Of a stretch of 59,621 nt of DNA, positions 1-6,123 are shown piece after piece. The DNA comes from a virus (lineage: Duplodnaviria; Heunggongvirae; Uroviricota; Caudoviricetes): positions 1 through 59,621 of the IMG/VR virus record IMGVR_UViG_2974625098_000001; one strand, given 5' to 3'. The position numbers were made by a program, and so were the translations under genes. The notes beneath the pieces are model-generated. The model was not told the origin of the DNA, searched no databases, and saw only the letters and a program-made list of their open reading frames with translations. Positions within the stretch are counted from its first letter, which is position 1. Every line of letters starts with the position of its first letter.

Positions 1-128
1 GTCGCAAAGCGTTTTTCGCCATTTTTTATCGATAATTGGCCCATATTCGCAAAATAATTCAGAATATCGAAGAATATTCGCGAAAAATCGGCAGAAAATT
101 GGGGGTTTCTTAAGGGTTTCTTAAATCG

Positions 129-182
129 ATTTTCCCTTTTTACTTTACTTTTTACTTTACTTTCCCTTTACTTTTTACTTTA
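129..182. repeat. G-free pyrimidine tract built from TTTAC and TTTCCC units
   Basis: No G on + strand from 129 to 182; reads ttttccctttttactttactttttactttactttccctttactttttacttta. Confidence 0.85.
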
Positions 183-262
183 GGCCCATACGGCATTTTA
201 CTTTCGGGCGCAAGGGGTATTCGGGTAAAGAAATTGGTGGTCTAGACAAAGGGCGTTTCGGG

Positions 263-290
263 TAGACAGCTCCGGAATATTCGCTAGTCT
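263..290 (+). promoter_or_regulatory. Putative sigma70/HrdB-type promoter for the early cassette (leaderless)
   Basis: TAGACA(263-268)-16 nt-TAGTCT(285-290); ATG at 298 with no SD. Confidence 0.5.
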
Positions 291-297
291 TTGCGTT

Positions 298-414
298 ATG
301 GAATTCATCGTTTTTCTCGCCCTGTTTTTCGGTCCCCCGTTGGTTATGTTTATCGTTGCCGAATTGCTCGGTGGCGGTAGCGCTAACCACTCCGGCCGTT
401 TCGACATTCTCTGA
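298..414 (+). CDS. 38 aa hydrophobic micro-protein (not in ORF track)
   Basis: Manual translation MEFIVFLALFFGPPLVMFIVAELLGGGSANHSGRFDIL*; ends just before the SD of the next gene. Confidence 0.6.
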   Translation: MEFIVFLALFFGPPLVMFIVAELLGGGSANHSGRFDIL

Positions 415-426
415 AAGGAAAATCCC

Positions 427-657
427 ATGATGATTACCGGCCGCGACAATATCGAAATGGCGCGCGTGTTGGCCGTTCGGGCTGCGCTTAGGCTCGAAAT
501 TCGAACGGGCATGAAAAGGTCCGGGCGTGGCGCGTCTACTCTTGCCCTGGCAAACGAAATTTCGGGTAGCTCCGCCCGGAATAAGGTCAAGGGTTACGAA
601 GCTCTAAACGCATACATCGTTTCCATTCTCGGTACCGAATTCGATAGGCCGCTGTGA
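427..657 (+). CDS. Hypothetical early protein, 76 aa
   Basis: SD GAAAGGA; GTGATG overlap with next ORF. Confidence 0.8.
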   Translation: MMITGRDNIEMARVLAVRAALRLEIRTGMKRSGRGASTLALANEISGSSARNKVKGYEALNAYIVSILGTEFDRPL

Positions 658-956
658 TGGAATATCCGGAGAAAATCGAAGTCTGTCCGGACTGTCTTTT
701 CCTTATCGCGAATGGTGAGGTTACCGATTCCGAGGGAAACGACATTTCCGAAACTCACGCGGCAGAGATGCAAGCTATTTGGGGCGATTCCGAAATTACT
801 TTGGGTCGCGTCAAGGAAGGCGACGAAACAGAAGAAGAATTCCAAGCCAATGACGAAATAGAGTCTGAGGGTTGGTTTTCATGGCGTGAGTGTCAGGGTT
901 GCGGTAGTCGATTGGGTGGCACGCGGTATTACGCCACTGTTTGGCTACAGGCTTAG
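654..956 (+). CDS. Hypothetical protein with CPDC and CQGC motifs (possible Zn binding), 100 aa
   Basis: Coupled overlap; acidic centre; two CxxC. Confidence 0.8.
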   Translation: MMEYPEKIEVCPDCLFLIANGEVTDSEGNDISETHAAEMQAIWGDSEITLGRVKEGDETEEEFQANDEIESEGWFSWRECQGCGSRLGGTRYYATVWLQA

Positions 957-962
957 ACCTAG

Positions 963-998
963 CTAGGTAGTGCCCTAATCGGGTAGGGCATTGCCTAG
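963..998. terminator. 15-bp stem-loop, possible terminator without U tail
   Basis: CTAGGTAGTGCCCTA-atcggg-TAGGGCATTGCCTAG. Confidence 0.5.
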
Positions 999-1036
999 TC
1001 TGGCTAATCCGGCCGGATTCTAGAAAGGATTGGATT

Positions 1037-1135
1037 ATGTGGGTTCTGTTTGGTGCCCTGGTCCCCGTAGGGTTCGCCCTTACGGTTATCGCCCTGGTCA
1101 TGCACGCCGTTTCTGTGATGGGTGGTGCACTGTGA
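1037..1135 (+). CDS. 32 aa hydrophobic micro-protein (not in ORF track)
   Basis: SD GAAAGGA; MWVLFGALVPVGFALTVIALVMHAVSVMGGAL*; TGA overlaps GTG of next gene. Confidence 0.65.
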   Translation: MWVLFGALVPVGFALTVIALVMHAVSVMGGAL

Positions 1136-1449
1136 AGCGGCTTACAACTAGGTCTAGTTGGATGGACTTTCGCGACACACTTAGGGAGCGTGCACCATTC
1201 ACCACTAGCGGAGCGCTACAGGGTGTCTCTAAGCCTGTATACGTCACCATGGGGCAACTCCCCACGGAGTACCGGGCAAGTGCTCAGATGGCCGTTTACG
1301 TCGTCTACAGCTACCGCACACCTATCGCATGGTGCCTGCCTAGTGGTGAGTGGGTATGCCCGGATACCCGATACAGCGTGACCACATCTAGGCACCAAGG
1401 GAAAATCCGTACGGCCATTAGCCAACTGGAGATTGAGAGATATAACTAA
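1132..1449 (+). CDS. Hypothetical early protein, ~105 aa (GTG start revised from 1030)
   Basis: GTGA overlap with upstream micro-gene; VVYSYRTPIAW...YSVTTSRHQ motif resembles small phage proteins. Confidence 0.75.
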   Translation: MKRLTTRSSWMDFRDTLRERAPFTTSGALQGVSKPVYVTMGQLPTEYRASAQMAVYVVYSYRTPIAWCLPSGEWVCPDTRYSVTTSRHQGKIRTAISQLEIERYN

Positions 1450-1694
1450 TGGTCGAATACACAGACCCGGCCGGTATTACCGATGCCCGCATTACGCCTA
1501 GGCCATATAAGGGCAGGACAGTAAGCGGATATGGGGGAGCTATACCTACCCGCTATATGGTGCGGTATATGGGCCGATGGTATCGGGTACTCATGATGCA
1601 ATATGGCAATAGCGGCAGCGCCTATATCCTGGTTATGGGTACCGTTCTATTCCTTGACACTGACACGGAATACCGATTGGAAGGATTGAGCTAA
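1449..1694 (+). CDS. Hypothetical early protein, 81 aa
   Basis: TAATG coupling at both ends. Confidence 0.8.
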   Translation: MVEYTDPAGITDARITPRPYKGRTVSGYGGAIPTRYMVRYMGRWYRVLMMQYGNSGSAYILVMGTVLFLDTDTEYRLEGLS

Positions 1695-2023
1695 TGCAAT
1701 TGGGTAAGTTCAATAGTGATAGGGACGCATTGCTATATGCCATGAGCCTAGATGGTTGGGCTAATGAGTCATCCGGTAATGTGGAATGCCCTACCGGATT
1801 CTTTGCCCGTATCTCTAACTACGGTAGTGAGGTAGCCGAGATAAGGGATGCATTCCCTACCGAGACAGAATCATTAGGTGATGCTGATATCTGCGGACAC
1901 TTTCTCTTGCAAGAGAACTCACAAGGGTTTGTGTCTGTCTATGACTACGGGTCACAGCTAGAACTAACCCGCGCGTTTCGAATTCTCGAAGAGGTTTATT
2001 CCGAATGGGATAACCAGGAATGA
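1694..2023 (+). CDS. Hypothetical acidic early protein, 109 aa
   Basis: TAATG coupling; SD GAAGGA. Confidence 0.8.
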   Translation: MQLGKFNSDRDALLYAMSLDGWANESSGNVECPTGFFARISNYGSEVAEIRDAFPTETESLGDADICGHFLLQENSQGFVSVYDYGSQLELTRAFRILEEVYSEWDNQE

Positions 2024-2154
2024 GAATTCTAGCCGCCCTCGCATTACTTCCGGTTGCCGGATTATTTCTCTGCTTTGTCGTTATCTTTGTCGTCGGCGCA
2101 GTGGCGATATTCGGGGCGATAATCCTAGGAATTCTTTTCGGCGCATTCGGATAA
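2020..2154 (+). CDS. 44 aa very hydrophobic membrane peptide (not in ORF track)
   Basis: ATGA overlap; MRILAALALLPVAGLFLCFVVIFVVGAVAIFGAIILGILFGAFG*; terminator follows. Confidence 0.65.
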   Translation: MRILAALALLPVAGLFLCFVVIFVVGAVAIFGAIILGILFGAFG

Positions 2155-2160
2155 AGCTTC

Positions 2161-2199
2161 GGGACTCCCCCATAAGAAATTATGGGGGAATTCCCTTTT
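2161..2199 (+). terminator. Intrinsic terminator closing the early cassette
   Basis: gggactcccccata-agaaat-tatgggggaattccc then tttt. Confidence 0.8.
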
Positions 2200-2337
2200 C
2201 ATTTGCGAATTAGTTTATGGGCGCACTATTTGCATTTGCAAATTTTAATTTGCCGGCCATATCATACATCTGAAAAATTTTTTAACATTTTGGTCCCCAT
2301 AAAAAGGTAACTCTGAGTTACACCAGTATACGGGGAG

Positions 2338-2523
2338 TTACGGCTGCAATAGCGAATAGTGCTTCTCGCCGGTAAAGTGGCAATATTCCGGCAATGGCCC
2401 CTTAATTCCTCGGCCGCAATCCATACAGACTCGCCGCTTCCAGCCTACATAGCGAATTTCATCGCCATGGACACAGCGGACGCGCGGATGTTTGCAGGTG
2501 AGCCATCTGCTAATAAAGCTCAC
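2338..2523 (-). CDS. Cys/His-rich hypothetical protein, ~61 aa (GTG start revised)
   Basis: GTGA overlap with upstream micro-gene; CKH, CVHG, CMDC motifs. Confidence 0.6.
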   Translation of the reverse strand: MSFISRWLTCKHPRVRCVHGDEIRYVGWKRRVCMDCGRGIKGPLPEYCHFTGEKHYSLLQP

Positions 2524-2624
2524 TTGCCACCACACTCACTACATGTTCGGTCACACGCGAATCCATGCTTATGAGGCTCCTCATAGTAGCACCTCAAGTT
2601 ATGACAGTCACTTGTCTCTGTCAT
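2520..2624 (-). CDS. 34 aa Cys/His-rich micro-protein (not in ORF track)
   Basis: SD AAGGAG; MTETSDCHNLRCYYEEPHKHGFACDRTCSECGGK*. Confidence 0.6.
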   Translation of the reverse strand: MTETSDCHNLRCYYEEPHKHGFACDRTCSECGGK

Positions 2625-2665
2625 GCATCTCCTTAATATGCCTATCTGCTTCCTGGACGGAACGC

Positions 2666-2698
2666 AAAAGAAGCCTGGCCGCATACCAGGCTTCTTTT
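2666..2698. terminator. Bidirectional intrinsic terminator
   Basis: aaaagaagcctgg-ccgcata-ccaggcttctttt. Confidence 0.85.
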
Positions 2699-2701
2699 AG
2701 G

Positions 2702-2968
2702 TCACTCAGAACTTTCTTCACTCGGCTCATCTAGCTCCTCAGAATATGCGGGCGGTGGGGTAAAACTCATGCCCTTCTCGTGCATCTCTGCAAGGATACC
2801 AGCCTTCTCGGGGTCATGGCAAGCCAAGAGCGCCATCTGAACATCGTACAGCCGCATAAGCTGAATGATGACTACAGGCCCGAAGTTCTCCGGGTCAAAC
2901 GCGCTAGAGGGCTGTGGGTTCGTCGTGCTCTGCTCGTCGCTCAACCGCCGCAACCTTTCCATACTCAT
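2702..2968 (-). CDS. Hypothetical protein (start uncertain, possibly a downstream TTG)
   Basis: Last gene of minus-strand operon, stop next to terminator. Confidence 0.7.
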   Translation of the reverse strand: MSMERLRRLSDEQSTTNPQPSSAFDPENFGPVVIIQLMRLYDVQMALLACHDPEKAGILAEMHEKGMSFTPPPAYSEELDEPSEESSE

Positions 2969-3104
2969 CGAAAATCACCGCAAAATCACCGACTCGGAAG
3001 ATATACTCTCCCTCTTCTACTAGCTCGGTATTATTTACGGCCGCCCACTGGCGGACGTCATCCTTGTCAATGAGCGTTCTCAGGATGCTGTCAATTTCTG
3101 CCAT
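2904..3104 (-). CDS. Hypothetical protein, 66 aa
   Basis: SD AGGAG upstream of ATG. Confidence 0.7.
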   Translation of the reverse strand: MAEIDSILRTLIDKDDVRQWAAVNNTELVEEGEYIFRVGDFAVIFDEYGKVAAVERRAEHDEPTAL

Positions 3105-3730
3105 ACTTGGTCTCCTATGAATTTCGTATAGGCGGGCGGAATAGCCTCGTTAAGTTCTTTATTTATCATCCAGTCAATGCCCATGGCTTCTCCCTTGACC
3201 TTGACCGGCGCGTTTCCGCCGCCTGTTACCTGGACAAACATATCACTTGTCAGTGCTTGCCCGAAGTGATGCTTTCTCCTGTCATAAGTATACACCTTGG
3301 CTACGTGCTTAGGGTGTTGCGGCGCTGTAAGGATTAGGTTACTCTCGAACTTTCGATGTCGGTAGACCCGAAGGCCAGCGAACATCGTACCACACAACAT
3401 AATCGGGTCTTCCAGCGGAGCTGTGTCTACGTTCTCGATGACATAGGGCTTAGCGGTCTCCCGTAGTATATCCCGCACTTCTTTAATTAGGTCAGGGTAC
3501 TCTCGCTTAGTCTGTTTTGCGAGGTCGCTGTATTTCTGACAAGGAGGGGAGGCAGCAATCACGTCATACCCCGCGAAAAACTCACTTGTCAGGTCGCGCA
3601 CATCCGCCTGGATGAACTCGAACGGATATCTTTTCTGATGGCTGATATCCACGCCTGTTACTTCGAAACCAGCTTGGTGGTACCCCGTAGAGGCACCACC
3701 GGCTCCACAAAATAGGTCGAGCAACTTCAC
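3080..3730 (-). CDS. DNA cytosine-C5 methyltransferase (short phage form)
   Basis: Motif I LDLFCGAGG, motif IV SPPCQ, motif VI ENV, downstream RHR. Confidence 0.9.
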   Translation of the reverse strand: MKLLDLFCGAGGASTGYHQAGFEVTGVDISHQKRYPFEFIQADVRDLTSEFFAGYDVIAASPPCQKYSDLAKQTKREYPDLIKEVRDILRETAKPYVIENVDTAPLEDPIMLCGTMFAGLRVYRHRKFESNLILTAPQHPKHVAKVYTYDRRKHHFGQALTSDMFVQVTGGGNAPVKVKGEAMGIDWMINKELNEAIPPAYTKFIGDQVWQKLTAS

Positions 3731-4419
3731 TGAGAAATTGTCTCCATGACCACAGGGAAGTGGATTGCAGTTAGGTCACGAACCGCAATTGCATAATCCT
3801 GGATTTCCTTCTGGGCATCGTGCTCAAGCCTCTGGTGAAGGAAGTGGGTAAGAGCACCAAGAGAACAGGTCCAACGCCAACGGACATACAGGCCGTAAGC
3901 TGGCAAGAAGAGACGAGCCTGCTCTGCACAAATCCCGGCGTTCATCGCGTCGTTGTACAGGTTCTCACCCTTGGCGAGATACGCCTCCAGAAGCCACGTA
4001 AAATTGTCTCCGGTCTCAGAATCAACCGGGGCACCAGAACCCTGCTTCATATTTTCCGGCGCACTTCGCCATTCATTTTCAGAAGGCACATAGAACTCGG
4101 GGGTCTCAGTTACATAACGACGACTCGATTCGTTCCAGCCGTTCTGGTCCTCAAGGTGAGTAGACGCTACTGCGTACTTCCACCACTGTCGGGCGACGAA
4201 GAGTGGTGCATAAACCTCAAAAGTGAGAGCGGAATGACGGAACACTGAGCTGTGCTCCTCACGTTGAAGAAAGGCGAGAAGTCGGGCTTCTCTCTCTCCA
4301 AACTCAAGGGACTCCTTCATGAAGGACACCTTGGCCGAGTTAATCGGGTCAAGGTCATCACCCATGTGCTTGACAAGGCGAACGTAACCCTTGTCTAGAA
4401 CTTCAATCTTCTCTTCCAT
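3727..4419 (-). CDS. thyX: FAD-dependent thymidylate synthase ThyX
   Basis: GYVRLV N-terminus, EHSSVFRH, NESSRRY, HAQKEIQDYA-type C-terminus. Confidence 0.95.
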   Translation of the reverse strand: MEEKIEVLDKGYVRLVKHMGDDLDPINSAKVSFMKESLEFGEREARLLAFLQREEHSSVFRHSALTFEVYAPLFVARQWWKYAVASTHLEDQNGWNESSRRYVTETPEFYVPSENEWRSAPENMKQGSGAPVDSETGDNFTWLLEAYLAKGENLYNDAMNAGICAEQARLFLPAYGLYVRWRWTCSLGALTHFLHQRLEHDAQKEIQDYAIAVRDLTAIHFPVVMETISQ

Positions 4420-4598
4420 CTTCCCAATCTCTTCTTTTTACGGATAACTGTCCAGCCGACAGCTTGACACTGCCAGCATGGCAAAAACAAAGCCCGCTGC
4501 AAATCTAGGACAGCTTTACGTGTCCCACAAACGCAGCAGGCTTGGTCGTGCTCGGCCCAGAGGCCATAATCCCTGATTTCTGGCCGACGCATATTCAT
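4395..4598 (-). CDS. Hypothetical protein with CCVC and CWQC motifs, 67 aa
   Basis: Fits between neighbours; paired CxxC. Confidence 0.65.
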   Translation of the reverse strand: MNMRRPEIRDYGLWAEHDQACCVCGTRKAVLDLQRALFLPCWQCQAVGWTVIRKKKRLGRWKRRLKF

Positions 4599-4599
4599 T

Positions 4600-4815
4600 T
4601 TAGATGTTAAACTCCGAAACTACTGCTCGAATTTGGTCTATCATGTCTAGACCCGGCGTAATTACGGTATCACAGACTGGACACCAGTAAACTGGGTCGT
4701 CATTGTTATTCATTCGGGATACTAGCATCCCGTCGTCATCGTTAGGGCAGGTTAGTGGCTTTGCCAAGCCTAGCTCAGCCAGACGACGATACTCGTGTAC
4801 ATCAAACCATTCCAT
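4600..4815 (-). CDS. Zn-ribbon-like hypothetical protein, 71 aa
   Basis: CPND...CPVC; ATG 3 nt after the tRNA-Thr(GGT) discriminator. Confidence 0.8.
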   Translation of the reverse strand: MEWFDVHEYRRLAELGLAKPLTCPNDDDGMLVSRMNNNDDPVYWCPVCDTVITPGLDMIDQIRAVVSEFNI

Positions 4816-4818
4816 AAG

Positions 4819-4890
4819 AGCCTACGCTGAGGATTGAACTCAGGACCTCTTTCTTACCAAGAAAGTGCTCTACCACTGAGCTACGCAGGC
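4819..4890 (-). tRNA. tRNA-Thr(GGT), no encoded CCA
   Basis: Acceptor GCCTGCG/CGTAGGC, anticodon arm CTTTC-TTGGTAA-GAAAG, T loop TTCAATC. Confidence 0.95.
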
Positions 4891-4894
4891 AAAG

Positions 4895-4965
4895 AGCCGG
4901 ATAACGGAATCGAACCGATGTATCTTCCGTACGAAGAAAGCGTAATGCCATTATACGAATCCGGC
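4895..4965 (-). tRNA. tRNA-Thr(CGT), no encoded CCA
   Basis: Acceptor GCCGGAT/ATCCGGC, anticodon arm CTTTC-TTCGTAC-GGAAG, T loop TTCGATT; one T-stem mismatch. Confidence 0.9.
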
Positions 4966-4982
4966 GTTAAAGCCGCTTTCCC

Positions 4983-5052
4983 GCACAACTCGGTACTAAC
5001 GGCAAGCCCCGAAGGACATGTCCTCGGCGCATAGAGGCTAATTCGGTTGTGC
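4983..5052 (-). ncRNA. Candidate structured RNA between tRNAs
   Basis: Closing stem GCACAAC/GTTGTGC, hairpin CCTC/GAGG, hairpin GTCC-TTCG-GGGC. Confidence 0.45.
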
Positions 5053-5076
5053 TCTCCTTAGCATAATTGCCGATTG

Positions 5077-5151
5077 AGCCACCTATCGGATTCGAACCGA
5101 TAACCTATCGCTTACAAGGCGATTGCTCTAGCCAGTTGAAGCTAAGGTGGC
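5077..5151 (-). tRNA. tRNA-Thr(TGT), no encoded CCA
   Basis: Acceptor GCCACCT/AGGTGGC, anticodon arm ATCGC-CTTGTAA-GCGAT, T loop TTCGAAT. Confidence 0.95.
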
Positions 5152-5154
5152 AAA

Positions 5155-5231
5155 GGCGGACTGTCGATGTGATGAGACTGGGAATCTTATCTATGATATT
5201 AGGGTAGCTCTCTGTTCCATGACAGTCCGCC
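5155..5231 (-). ncRNA. Candidate structured RNA closed by a perfect 11-bp stem
   Basis: GGCGGACTGTC(5155-5165)/GACAGTCCGCC(5221-5231), no ORF inside; strand inferred from tRNA operon. Confidence 0.4.
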
Positions 5232-5276
5232 GAGCTTGGGGAGATATTGTTAGCCTCACCCCTAGGCGATGAATCT

Positions 5277-5306
5277 AGTGTATCACAGCCGATATTCGGC
5301 GGTCAA
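5277..5306 (-). promoter_or_regulatory. Promoter for tRNA/thyX operon
   Basis: Minus strand TTGACC-18 nt-TACACT. Confidence 0.75.
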
Positions 5307-5307
5307 C

Positions 5308-5982
5308 TCAGTACCACCCCACAGATTGGCTATGTGCCCATGCGCTGCAAGGTGTACCATACCGTGACTTGATGTAAGACACGCCCCATCGTACCTGGGT
5401 GTATGGATTTGTTCGCCAGTCAGACCCCGCGCTCGCCATTTTCGAACCGGGTAGAGCCTGCGGGATGCCGTAAGCTCCTGATGACGGATTTGCTGCATAA
5501 GGATTCCAGCCTGACTCTCTGTTGAAGAGGTTATTCAGGCATCCGAACTGGCTCTGGCCTACGAGTCTTGCCGCGTAGCCCTTAATTCCTCCAGTCGGCT
5601 CGGAATATGTCTTCTCCCGAGGAGCCGGAACCTTATTTTTCTGTTGCTCACGCTTTTGCTGACGCGCCTTCTCGGCCCGTTCAGCCTCAGCCTTCTTGTG
5701 AGCTGCTTCGCGGGCGGCTGCCCGTTCGGCTCGTTCTTTTTCTCGCTTCTTCTCAGCGGCAACGCGTTGGTCCTCAAGGGACTTCTGCATCGCCCTCTTT
5801 GCCTCTACGATATCATCTACTACAAGAGTAGGACGTACATAATCGCGAGAGACATGAGTGGTCTGTCTTTCTATCGCTACCGGGCGTTTACTGGGTTCGT
5901 CATCGGAGGCAGCTACCGCCGAGAACGAAGTACCAATAAGCATCAAGGATGCGATAATGCTTACAGACTTCTTCATAATCAT
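5308..5982 (-). CDS. Secreted lytic transglycosylase (SLT/lysozyme-like) with signal peptide and charged linker
   Basis: Signal peptide ending AVA; RESGWNPYAANPSSGAYGIPQALPGSKM and YIKSRYGTPCSAW, typical actinobacterial SLT domain; SD AAGGAG. Confidence 0.9.
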   Translation of the reverse strand: MIMKKSVSIIASLMLIGTSFSAVAASDDEPSKRPVAIERQTTHVSRDYVRPTLVVDDIVEAKRAMQKSLEDQRVAAEKKREKERAERAAAREAAHKKAEAERAEKARQQKREQQKNKVPAPREKTYSEPTGGIKGYAARLVGQSQFGCLNNLFNRESGWNPYAANPSSGAYGIPQALPGSKMASAGSDWRTNPYTQVRWGVSYIKSRYGTPCSAWAHSQSVGWY

Positions 5983-6063
5983 CTCCTTTATTTATTCACT
6001 ATTTCTAGTGAATTCATCCATGGTAACAGGTCTGCCACAAGGAGGCAAGGTGACCATGGGGAC

Positions 6064-6092
6064 TTGACAGCAAGGAGGAGATGCCGTAGTCT
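6064..6092 (+). promoter_or_regulatory. Promoter for glycosyltransferase
   Basis: TTGACA-17 nt-TAGTCT. Confidence 0.85.
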
Positions 6093-6109
6093 CTAGTTAT
6101 ACTAGAGAG
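6091..6109. promoter_or_regulatory. Palindrome over the transcription start, operator-like
   Basis: TCTCTAGT-TAT-ACTAGAGA. Confidence 0.5.
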
Positions 6110-6123
6110 AAGAAAAGAAGAGT

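Noticed and set aside
129-182. Possible CRISPR array, given the Cas4-like gene
   Set aside because: Repeats are 5-6 nt tandem units without spacers; no cas1/cas2 or repeat-spacer pattern seen.
175-590. Minus-strand ORFs 175-390 and 198-590 and other short ORFs antisense to the early cassette
   Set aside because: No SD, and they oppose a coupled + strand operon.
4834-5034. 66 aa + strand ORF over the tRNA cluster
   Set aside because: Antisense reading of tRNA genes.
5983-6123. c-di-AMP (ydaO) riboswitch upstream of the transglycosylase
   Set aside because: Conserved GCTGAAT, GGGGAACC and CCCGAACCCGTCAGCTAAC segments are absent.
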